Assembly: GCF_000012465.1 (NCBI RefSeq)
Contig: NC_007335.2
Coordinates: 1,530,001-1,562,000 of the forward strand
DNA from: Prochlorococcus marinus str. NATL2A
GTDB taxonomy: Bacteria > Cyanobacteriota > Cyanobacteriia > PCC-6307 > Cyanobiaceae
Length of the DNA stretch: 32,000 nt
Direction of reading: 5' to 3'
This document shows, in pieces, positions 1-7,255 of the stretch. The notes beneath the pieces are model-generated. The model was not told where the DNA came from. It made no database searches and worked only from the letters and a program-made list of their open reading frames with translations. The translations under genes were made by a program, and so were the position numbers. Numbering within the stretch: the stretch's first letter is position 1; every line of letters starts with the position of its first letter.

Positions 1-462
1 AAGAAAAATTTTGGCTGGATTCATTAATGTTTTTGCAAGTAATGCTCTTTGTTGCTGTCCACCAGACAGAGCATCAAGTCTCCTTTTTGCTAAATGAGAT
101 ATTCCAACACGTTGAAGAGCCGCTTCTAATTCACAACAAGTCGATTTCGAATGATTGACTCGGCCCAAAGAAACTAATCCTTCAACAGTAATTGGAAAAT
201 TCCAATTGAGCTTCCCCCTCTGAGGCATTAAAGCCACTTGAGATCGATTATTTCGCAATGGTTTCCCATCAACAGTAATTTCCCCTTGATTCGGTTTACT
301 ACTCCCTTGCAGCAAGCTTAATAATGTGGACTTACCAGCACCATTCGGACCAACAAGAGCAGTCAAAGTACCTTGCTCAAGCTTTAGAGAAACCTTGCTT
401 AAAGCAGGTTTAATTTTACTTGAATAAGAATATGTCAAATTTTCAGCAATCAAGCTAGGCAT
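1..462 (-). CDS. znuC: Zn/Mn-type ABC transporter ATP-binding protein; N-terminal part only, the gene continues past the window start
   Basis: Reverse translation from the ATG at 462 reads MPSLIAENLTYSYS.... It has a Walker A GPNGAGKST and the ABC signature LSGGQQQR. The ORF stays open to position 1 and is divergent from the ZnuA-like gene. Confidence 0.8.
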   Translation of the reverse strand, partial: MPSLIAENLTYSYSSKIKPALSKVSLKLEQGTLTALVGPNGAGKSTLLSLLQGSSKPNQGEITVDGKPLRNNRSQVALMPQRGKLNWNFPITVEGLVSLGRVNHSKSTCCELEAALQRVGISHLAKRRLDALSGGQQQRALLAKTLMNPAKIFL

Positions 463-512
463 TAATTAGAGGATTTGCTGACAAGAAACATAATATACTT
501 GCCAAGACCAAA

Positions 513-527
513 TGAAAATGATTATCG
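513..527. promoter_or_regulatory. Zur/Fur-family operator candidate in the divergent znuC/znuA promoter
   Basis: TGAAAATGATTATCG matches 13/15 positions of the cyanobacterial Zur 7-1-7 consensus TGATAATNATTATCA (consensus quoted from memory). It lies 16 nt upstream of the GTG at 543 and 51 nt upstream of the znuC ATG at 462. Confidence 0.5.
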
Positions 528-542
528 TTTTAGATACGCTTT

Positions 543-2090
543 GTGTTTTTAACGTTGAATTTTTCAAATCAGTCCAAAAAGGTTAAACCCATAATCAATA
601 AAACAGTTCTCAAAAGTTCTCTTGTTGCTGGAGCATTTTTATTTTCTGGAATCAATCAGACAGCGCAAGCAAATACAAAATCAATTGTTGCTGTAGAGCC
701 ATTGGTTTGCGATGTTGTATCTGCGATTGCACCACCCTCTACGCCCGTGACCTGCTTAATTGACAGAAAGCAAGATGTTCATGATGTCAAGATCACTCCA
801 AGGCAAGCTCAAACACTAAAAAGTGCGAATCAAGTATTTACTCTTGGTTCAGAGATGACCCCTGCAATTAAAAAATGGTTGGATAATCCTTTAACTGTTG
901 TCGTTGGTGTAAGTGCAATAGAAATAGACGATCATGACGACCACGATGATCATGACGATCATTCAGCTGCTAAGCATGATGATCATGACGACCACGATGA
1001 TCATGACGATCATTCAGCTGCTAAGCATGATGATCATGACGACCACGATGATCATGACGATGCCCATGGAGAGGGAGCTTTTGAATGGGCTGGTGTTTTT
1101 GATCTTTCCGCAGGAGTCTACAAATGGTCTTTCGCCAAAGTTGATGGAGACTATGCTGATCCTGCGATGAAAATGGTTATTCTTAAGTCTGGTGATATTG
1201 AAGCATCAGAAGAGCTTGCTAAAGAATTATTAGGATCCAAAAATTCAGAAGTTAAGCGCAATAATGACAAACTTATTGCGCAGGACAAAGCCTACCTTCT
1301 TACATTTAATGAAAAGAAAGACATCACAACATTTACTGTAGAAATCAAAAAATCTGGTAAATACGCTTTCTTTACTGAGCATATGCCGTTTGAGTTTGAA
1401 GCCGATGAACATTTCTTTAAAGATGTTTCAGGCGACGATGTGGAACCGATTTCCCAAGTACCAGATGAAGGAGATCATCATCACCATGACCATGGAGGCT
1501 TAGATCCTCATATTTGGCATGATCCACATAACATCATCAAGATGGGAAATGTAATTTCTAAAAATATCAACAAAAAGATTTCATTCTTTGATAGAGAAAC
1601 TAAAAAAGTTTTAAAAGAAAGAACTCAATCTGTAAATTCCATTTTGAAAGATCTAGATCAATGGACTCAAGAACAAATAGCTACTATTCCTTCTGATCAA
1701 AGGACGATGGTTTCTAAGCACAAAGCCATGGAATATTATGGAGATGCATTTGGATTGAAGACCATGAGCCTACTAGATTTTCTTGGTGATTCATCCAGCC
1801 TTAGGCCTCAAACTATTTCAACTGTATTAGCTGAGCTTAAAGAAGAAAACGTGAAAGTTTTATTCGCTGAGCAAAAGCCTCCTTCAAAGCTATTGAGAAA
1901 CCTCAGTAGACAAACTTCCACTCCTATCGCATCAAATCAAATCTATGTTGACGGTCTAATGCCAACAGGGAATACTGTTTCAGTTGCTGTACATAACACC
2001 TGCACAATTGTTAATTCACTTGGTGGAGAATGTGATGAGCAAGAGGGCGATGAACTTGAGGGGAAATGGAATTCTTTAACTAATCCTTAA
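543..2090 (+). CDS. znuA: Periplasmic metal (zinc) binding protein, ZnuA/TroA cluster A-I family, with an expanded His/Asp-rich insertion of about 190 aa
   Basis: Signal-peptide-like N-terminus KSSLVAGAFLFSGINQTAQA. The LDPHIWHDPHN motif is typical of ZnuA-type binding proteins. His-rich tracts are 3x DHDDHDDHDDH and GDHHHHDHGG. Only GTG (543) or TTG (555) starts are available in frame. Confidence 0.8.
   Translation: MFLTLNFSNQSKKVKPIINKTVLKSSLVAGAFLFSGINQTAQANTKSIVAVEPLVCDVVSAIAPPSTPVTCLIDRKQDVHDVKITPRQAQTLKSANQVFTLGSEMTPAIKKWLDNPLTVVVGVSAIEIDDHDDHDDHDDHSAAKHDDHDDHDDHDDHSAAKHDDHDDHDDHDDAHGEGAFEWAGVFDLSAGVYKWSFAKVDGDYADPAMKMVILKSGDIEASEELAKELLGSKNSEVKRNNDKLIAQDKAYLLTFNEKKDITTFTVEIKKSGKYAFFTEHMPFEFEADEHFFKDVSGDDVEPISQVPDEGDHHHHDHGGLDPHIWHDPHNIIKMGNVISKNINKKISFFDRETKKVLKERTQSVNSILKDLDQWTQEQIATIPSDQRTMVSKHKAMEYYGDAFGLKTMSLLDFLGDSSSLRPQTISTVLAELKEENVKVLFAEQKPPSKLLRNLSRQTSTPIASNQIYVDGLMPTGNTVSVAVHNTCTIVNSLGGECDEQEGDELEGKWNSLTNP
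930..1061 (+). repeat. Perfect 51-bp in-frame tandem repeat, 2.6 copies, encoding DHDDHDDHDDHSAAKHD
   Basis: The unit gatcatgacgaccacgatgatcatgacgatcattcagctgctaagcatgat occurs at 930-980 and 981-1031. Its first 30 nt occur again at 1032-1061. All copies are identical. Confidence 0.95.
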
Positions 2091-2103
2091 TTTTTACAGA
2101 GAC

Positions 2104-2137
2104 AAACCCGTCTACATTTAAAAATGTAGACGGGTTT
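2104..2137 (+). terminator. Stable 14-bp stem-loop right after the znuA stop (terminator, attenuator or RNA-stability element)
   Basis: aaacccgtctacat (2104-2117) pairs perfectly with atgtagacgggttt (2124-2137). No strong U-tract follows (gaaaaaaa), so this is not a textbook intrinsic terminator. Confidence 0.45.
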
Positions 2138-2144
2138 GAAAAAA

Positions 2145-2462
2145 ATGTTTCCAACTAAAGGATATAAAGTTTACAAACAACACTGGGAAGACCAGGCAAG
2201 TTTCATGGATAAACCACCATGGGATAAAGATAAGATATTAAAACTTACTGTCGCAACTGATTTTGATGACAATCTAAAAGAACTTCAATTTTCAAATCAT
2301 TCGCTGAAAAAAGAGAATAGCAAGCTTACAGTAAGACTAAAAGTTCCTTACAATTATCATGAGCTTGATGACTTTGAATTAAAATCACTTGAATTGTTGG
2401 GTATCCAAAAGAATTGGCTAACTGATATTTCTCTTGATAGCACTCATTGTTCCCATCGTTAA
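2145..2462 (+). CDS. Hypothetical protein (105 aa) between znuA and the COG0523 gene
   Basis: The ORF has an ATG at 2145 (the track start at 2136 is TTG, inside the hairpin). It ends 10 nt before the COG0523 ATG. I recognise no family motif; the C-terminus is THCSHR. Confidence 0.45.
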   Translation: MFPTKGYKVYKQHWEDQASFMDKPPWDKDKILKLTVATDFDDNLKELQFSNHSLKKENSKLTVRLKVPYNYHELDDFELKSLELLGIQKNWLTDISLDSTHCSHR

Positions 2463-2471
2463 TTAAAGAAA

Positions 2472-3854
2472 ATGAGCAACACGCAAAAAGTACCGGTTAC
2501 AATATTGACTGGTTTTCTAGGATCTGGCAAAACAACCCTACTCAATCGAATCCTGAGCGAAGAGCACGGTAAAAAAATAGCTGTTATTGAGAATGAATAT
2601 GGTGAAGTTGGCATTGATCAAGGATTAGTCATCAATGCTGATGAAGAGGTCTTCGAGATGTCCAATGGTTGCATTTGCTGCACCGTTCGTGGTGATCTTA
2701 TTCGTGTACTTGGAAACCTCATGAAGAGGCGAGACAAATTTGACTATGTATTAGTTGAAACTACTGGCCTTGCTGATCCTGGTCCTGTTGCTCAGACATT
2801 CTTTATGGACGATGAAATCCGTGAGGAGTTTTCACTTGATGGAATAGTCACACTTGTTGATGCAGCCCATATAGAGCAACAACTTGGTCGAAGTGATGAG
2901 AGTTCGGAGCAAGTTGCCTTTGCTGACGTCCTTGTCCTAAATAAAACCGATCTAGTTTCAGATGAATCACTCGACAACTTAGAATCACGGCTACGCGATA
3001 TGAATCGTATGGCTCGTGTCATACGTAGTAAACAAGCAGACGTCTCAATTGATACTGTGCTAAATCTAAGTGCTTTTGATCTAGATCAAGTACTTCAGCG
3101 TCGTCCAACTTTTCTTGAACCAGAATACCCATTTGAGTGGACAGGTGTTTTTTCACTTGAAAAAGGTCGCTATGAACTTACGCTCGAAGAAGGTCCAGAC
3201 CCCACAATGTCTCTCGTCCAGTTATTAGACCAAGGTAAAGACGAGACAGCTCTTAACACAGGTGCTGAATCATGCGTGAGACTCTACGCAGAACAAGAAC
3301 AACTTATGAATCCAGGGGATTTGGTTCCAGTCGGCAAGCATGTGAACCTTCAACTTCAATCCGAAGGGACTAAGTCCTTCTTCATAGATGTTGATAAGGC
3401 AAGGGATATAGGTCTATTCACGCAACATACAGCCGAAGAATTTAATATGAAATTAACGAAAGTAAATACTCCTTCTACAGACGAGATAGATAATGATCAG
3501 AACATCTCTACAATTTCTCCAATAGCTGAGAGGGTTTGGGTAGCTGAACACGAACACGATGACGAAGTAGGTTCATTCGCTATCGAGCGAGAGGGTGATG
3601 TCGATCCGGAGAAACTCAATAGATGGCTAAGTCGACTTTTGTCTGAGAAAGGTGTAGATATATTTCGCACTAAAGGTTTCATTAGTTATGCGGGTGAATC
3701 TAAGCGAATAGTTTTTCAAGGAGTACACATGCTCTTCACAGCACAACCTGATAAAGAATGGGGCAATGAACCTCGCCGTAACCAACTCGTCTTTATCGGT
3801 AGAAATCTTGATGAAGCAGAAATGATCAAGGAGTTTGATAAATGTCTGGTATAG
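2472..3854 (+). CDS. COG0523-family G3E GTPase (CobW/YjiA/ZigA-like putative zinc metallochaperone) with a linker insertion of about 110 aa
   Basis: Walker A GFLGSGKTT, metal-binding CICC (CxCC), Walker B ETTGLADP and the NKTD specificity motif are all present. The C-terminal CobW_C-like segment reads GVDIFRTKGFISYAGESKRIVFQGVHMLF. Confidence 0.85.
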   Translation: MSNTQKVPVTILTGFLGSGKTTLLNRILSEEHGKKIAVIENEYGEVGIDQGLVINADEEVFEMSNGCICCTVRGDLIRVLGNLMKRRDKFDYVLVETTGLADPGPVAQTFFMDDEIREEFSLDGIVTLVDAAHIEQQLGRSDESSEQVAFADVLVLNKTDLVSDESLDNLESRLRDMNRMARVIRSKQADVSIDTVLNLSAFDLDQVLQRRPTFLEPEYPFEWTGVFSLEKGRYELTLEEGPDPTMSLVQLLDQGKDETALNTGAESCVRLYAEQEQLMNPGDLVPVGKHVNLQLQSEGTKSFFIDVDKARDIGLFTQHTAEEFNMKLTKVNTPSTDEIDNDQNISTISPIAERVWVAEHEHDDEVGSFAIEREGDVDPEKLNRWLSRLLSEKGVDIFRTKGFISYAGESKRIVFQGVHMLFTAQPDKEWGNEPRRNQLVFIGRNLDEAEMIKEFDKCLV

Positions 3855-4915
3855 AAGCATTTAGTCCCAAGGGAATGCTTCATGAATGTTGGTCTGCTCA
3901 AGCTAACGACTACGCGATTGTCTGCGGCTGGGCACTACAAGGTAAAACTTTTTTAGTAGGTGATGTCGCTGGTGGGCTTTATGCATTTGAGGGAATATCT
4001 GGAAAGCTCATTTGGCAAATAAAAGACATACATAAAGGTGGCTTACTCGCAATGTCTATACATCCAAATGGAAAGACTTTTGCAACTGCTGGCCAAGATG
4101 GACATGTAAATATATGGGAAAGCCAAAAGGGTACGTCAACTAAAACTTTGGAACTTGGGAAAGGATGGGTTGAGCACATCAAGTGGTCCCCAGACGGAAA
4201 ATTTTTAGCTGTAGTTTTTACTAAATACGTCTATGTTTTTGATGATAAAGGTCAAGAACATTGGCGATCAGAGGAGCATCCCAGTACTGTCAGCGCGATT
4301 GCTTGGTCTAATTCAAATGAATTAGCAACAGCATGCTATGGCCAAGTCACTTTTTTTGATGTAGTAAATGACAAGATCAATCAAAAGTTGGAATGGCGAG
4401 GCTCACTAGTATCTATGGTGCTTAGTCCAGATGGAGACATAGTGGCATGCGGCAGCCAAGATAATTCTGTTCATTTCTGGCGTCGTTCAACTGATCAAGA
4501 TTCAGAGATGACAGGCTACCCAGGTAAACCAAGTCACCTAGCTTTTGATCAAACCGGCACAGTCCTTGCTACTGGGGGTAGTGATCGCGTGACGGTTTGG
4601 AGTTTTCAAGGCGATGGTCCTGAGGGAACTGTACCAGGAGAGTTAATGCTTCATACGGAACCCATTTCATGTCTTGCTTTCTCACACAGCGGGATGCTTT
4701 TAGCTTCTGGCTCGAGAGATGGTTCAGTTTTTTCTTGGTTTCTCCAAAAAGATGGTCAGGGTGATCCAGTTGGTGGTGCATTTGCCGGTGACCTTGTAAG
4801 CCAAATCGCTTGGCACCCTGATGACACTGCCTTGGCTGCAATAAATGCAAACGGAGGAATTACGGTTTGGGAGTTTAAGGTTCGGACGAAAACGTCACCT
4901 CAAGGATTCGGATAA
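3842..4915 (+). CDS. WD40-repeat beta-propeller protein
   Basis: WD-like blades recur: ATAGQDGHVNIWE, ACGSQDNSVHFWR, ATGGSDRVTVWS, ASGSRDGSVFSWF and NANGGITVWE. The ATG overlaps the COG0523 3' end by 13 nt. Confidence 0.8.
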   Translation: MSGIEAFSPKGMLHECWSAQANDYAIVCGWALQGKTFLVGDVAGGLYAFEGISGKLIWQIKDIHKGGLLAMSIHPNGKTFATAGQDGHVNIWESQKGTSTKTLELGKGWVEHIKWSPDGKFLAVVFTKYVYVFDDKGQEHWRSEEHPSTVSAIAWSNSNELATACYGQVTFFDVVNDKINQKLEWRGSLVSMVLSPDGDIVACGSQDNSVHFWRRSTDQDSEMTGYPGKPSHLAFDQTGTVLATGGSDRVTVWSFQGDGPEGTVPGELMLHTEPISCLAFSHSGMLLASGSRDGSVFSWFLQKDGQGDPVGGAFAGDLVSQIAWHPDDTALAAINANGGITVWEFKVRTKTSPQGFG

Positions 4916-4933
4916 GGTCAAAATTTCTTATTT

Positions 4934-4969
4934 CCAATAGTTTCTCGAGAGCTACTCGATTGCTATTGG
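4934..4969 (+). terminator. Imperfect compound hairpin downstream of the WD40 gene
   Basis: ccaatag...ctattgg are the outer arms and tcgag-agcta-ctcga the inner stem. No clear U-tract follows. Confidence 0.25.
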
Positions 4970-5061
4970 CTAGAAAATTAAAAACCCAACAAGAGGAGTT
5001 TTTACTGATGTATAAATATTCCACATAACTTATATATGGTTATATCCCACTAGAGGACTCA

Positions 5062-5205
5062 ATGAAAAAAACAATTCTTTGGCTTCAAGAATTACTCATT
5101 TCGATGGGAAATGCTCTATTTCATCCCTATAAAGATAACTCACCTCCAAGTTTTGAGGCACAGCCTTTCAGAGATGACCCTTATAAGAACCGAGGAATTG
5201 CATAG
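5062..5205 (+). CDS. Small hypothetical ORF (47 aa)
   Basis: It runs ATG to TAG and reads MKKTILWLQELLISMGNALFHPYKDNSPPSFEAQPFRDDPYKNRGIA. It is below the track cutoff, bracketed by a 13-nt direct repeat, and matches no family I recognise. Confidence 0.25.
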   Translation: MKKTILWLQELLISMGNALFHPYKDNSPPSFEAQPFRDDPYKNRGIA

Positions 5206-5331
5206 TTAAGGTCAAAATTGTTTTAAATTTCAAGGAGAGGTTCAAGTGGGCCTCTTTTTTATTATCTATTTACGAGAAGAGAAAGTAACGACCGAACCAT
5301 AAAGAATTAGAGAATGTGCTTTAATAAGCCC

Positions 5332-5487
5332 ATGAACACACAGATTAAGAAGAAGTTAAGCTCAAACAATTCTGGCGTTAACTTAAAAAAAACCGACAAC
5401 AAACAACCTACTTGGCATTTTGAAGTTGAAGGTAGCGGTCAAAGAAAGAGATACTTAAGATCTCTTAAAGACAAAGCTGTAGCTTAA
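5332..5487 (+). CDS. Small basic hypothetical ORF (51 aa)
   Basis: It runs ATG to TAA and reads MNTQIKKKLSSNNSGVNLKKTDNKQPTWHFEVEGSGQRKRYLRSLKDKAVA. It is below the track cutoff. Confidence 0.3.
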   Translation: MNTQIKKKLSSNNSGVNLKKTDNKQPTWHFEVEGSGQRKRYLRSLKDKAVA

Positions 5488-5639
5488 TGTATAGCCTTTT
5501 AATAAAACAACTTCATCTAAATCAAACACAACCCCTAGCGCACTAAAAGAGGGCAAAAGTCCCTATAGGATTTTTATTGAATTAGTACTTTCAAGGGATT
5601 TAAAGTATCCAGAGATCGAAAAACCCTTAAAAAAATTCC

Positions 5640-6269
5640 ATGAATTTAATAGCTAGTTATAGAAATAAAGGTTTTGAATCTGTTGCAGATGGTGTGATGT
5701 CATTTTTCGATCGTCGCACAGACTTGCATCGCAATGGAATCGCCTTCAGCAATGGATCAAATAATGATTCAGATCCTGCAAAAATTTCTACTGATATCAG
5801 CCTTGTAGCCATAGATCGTACTGACCCAGAAGCATTTGCACTCTCTGAGGTCATTGTAAGAGGAGTCGATGCTGGGCTTAAAAAATACCTCCAAGATCGT
5901 CCTCTCTTTAATGAGTGCTCCCCAGAACAATCACTATTTGTCAATCCAATTTTCAACATACAACGATACGCTCCTGGAGAAGGATTTAAGAAATGGCACT
6001 GTGACTGGACGATTAGCGAAGAAGCAACCGAACCGGTTCATAGAGTTTTAGCCTGGATTCTCTATTGCAATGATGTCGAATCTGGAGGTACAGAATTCCA
6101 CTGGCAGGAATATCATGAGACAGCTGAACGAGGAAAATTAGTTATTTTCCCTGCTGGATTGACACATATACATAGAGGCAGAGTCAACAAAATTCATTCC
6201 AAAACAATTGCAACTGGTTGGATAAATGCAGGTTCAAGAGACTCATACATTTCCAGACTGGCAAGTTAA
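5640..6269 (+). CDS. 2OG-Fe(II) oxygenase superfamily protein, of the type common in picocyanobacterial islands and cyanophages
   Basis: An HxD motif (WHCDW), distal His candidates (GGTEFHW, LTHIHRG) and the Arg in HIHRGR fit the 2OG-oxygenase facial triad plus 2OG-binding Arg. Confidence 0.6.
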   Translation: MNLIASYRNKGFESVADGVMSFFDRRTDLHRNGIAFSNGSNNDSDPAKISTDISLVAIDRTDPEAFALSEVIVRGVDAGLKKYLQDRPLFNECSPEQSLFVNPIFNIQRYAPGEGFKKWHCDWTISEEATEPVHRVLAWILYCNDVESGGTEFHWQEYHETAERGKLVIFPAGLTHIHRGRVNKIHSKTIATGWINAGSRDSYISRLAS

Positions 6270-6541
6270 TTAATAGAAAAAATATTCTTAAACAATTATT
6301 TTTTCAAGGTAGAGACAAGATTGCTCCATCTGTCCATAGAGTCCATCAGCAATAATTTTTACCCAATCAGACTTTATGCTTGAAAAGACAAAAAGTTTCT
6401 GATCTAAATTGATAATAATTTTTGAAGAAACTTCAACAGATTGAGAATGAATTGTGTATTATCTACAGACGTTCAGCTCTATTCGAGTCGCAGTTAGATT
6501 CAAGCCATGGAACGGGGACTTGAACAATGACAATTTTTCTA

Positions 6542-6682
6542 ATGACTGAACTAACTTACAGAGGACTTAAGTACTCTCAAAACAAATCTGCTAAAAGCTC
6601 TCAAGAAGTGCACTTGCAGTATTGTGGTCATGAAATCATGAGTAAGAGAATCCATGAAGCCATGAAAGCTGAAATGGGTTGA
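6542..6682 (+). CDS. Small DUF4278-like protein
   Basis: MTELTYRGLKYSQ... matches the N-terminal x-L-x-Y-R-G-x-x-Y signature of cyanobacterial DUF4278 proteins as I remember it. An alternative ATG lies at 6527. It is below the track cutoff. Confidence 0.4.
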   Translation: MTELTYRGLKYSQNKSAKSSQEVHLQYCGHEIMSKRIHEAMKAEMG

Positions 6683-6787
6683 GAAAGAATTAGAAAAAAG
6701 TCTTTCCATTAGTTAAATATAGTTTTTAATTATATATTTGAATTCTATTATTTATAAACTAAATAATAGAATAGTTAATTAAAATAT

Positions 6788-6806
6788 TGAATCAATCAAT
6801 ACAGTT
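6788..6806 (+). promoter_or_regulatory. Conserved 19-nt upstream element, copy 1 (TGAATCAATCAATACAGTT)
   Basis: It matches 18/19 positions of 7754-7772. It ends 45 nt before the ATG at 6852. Confidence 0.4.
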
Positions 6807-6851
6807 TTAATTTAATCAATAGCTCAAAATTTAACTCTTTTCAAGTTAAAC

Positions 6852-7046
6852 ATGCAATATGAGCCGGGGACAATAGATTGCCATGTCTTTCTAGAATGCA
6901 AAGAGCAAATAGAGAAGATGCTACTTAGATTATACAAAGTAGAGAATACTGAGCATATTTGCAACCAACTTCAATCTGTTTACCAACAAATAGAAGGTAT
7001 GCATGAGTTAAAGAAAGTTAAGCGAAAAAAAATTTATACTAATTAA
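6852..7046 (+). CDS. Hypothetical protein (64 aa)
   Basis: ATG-initiated ORF preceded by the conserved 19-nt element. No recognisable motif. Confidence 0.4.
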   Translation: MQYEPGTIDCHVFLECKEQIEKMLLRLYKVENTEHICNQLQSVYQQIEGMHELKKVKRKKIYTN

Positions 7047-7255
7047 GCTTTAAGCAAATAAATTCATAACTTGCTTTAATTTTTAATAGATTTTTAATTC
7101 TGTATCAATTAAGTCTTAACTTATTCAACTAAATTACCTATAACTATTTTATCAGAAAACCCGTTCCAAAGTTTTCTGTAGGGAGGTCAGCGCTACTGGG
7201 AAGGGTTTTGACCTCCCTCTATTAAAAAAAAAAGATTATTAATTTAATAAATTTA

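Noticed and set aside
512-586. A 24-codon ATG ORF (MKMIIVLDTLCVFNVEFFKSVQKG) overlapping the Zur-like box and the znuA start in another frame.
   Set aside because: It is too short and has no support. It is most likely a by-product of AT-rich promoter sequence. I mention it only because znuA itself lacks an ATG start.
930-1061. Could the 51-bp tandem repeat be a CRISPR array or minisatellite?
   Set aside because: The units are directly adjacent with no spacers. They are in frame within a coding sequence and encode a sensible metal-binding peptide, so this is not CRISPR.
934-1170. A 78-aa ORF (MTTTMIMTII...) in an alternative frame of the znuA repeat region.
   Set aside because: Its repetitive Met/Thr/Ile sequence is simply the 51-bp His/Asp-coding repeat read out of frame. 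It lies entirely inside a well-supported CDS.
2792-4850. Minus-strand ORFs opposite the COG0523 and WD40 genes: 2792-3022, 3497-3682, 3627-3860, 3716-3901, 3979-4182 and 4569-4850.
   Set aside because: They are Ser/Cys-rich shadow frames opposite genes with clear family motifs.
5226-5262. tRNA-like GGTTCAAGT string and weak hairpin (agagg...cctct + T-run) after the 47-aa ORF.
   Set aside because: The T-arm-like string is not embedded in a cloverleaf. The 5-bp stem is too weak to call a terminator with confidence.
6288-6458. A minus-strand open frame of about 55 codons (…VEVSSKIIINLDQKLFVFSSIKSDWVKIIADGLYGQMEQSCLYLEKIIV*) downstream of the 2OG oxygenase.
   Set aside because: It has no ATG, GTG or TTG start before the final third of the frame. 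It may be a gene remnant, but I cannot assign a family, so I do not call it a CDS or a pseudogene.
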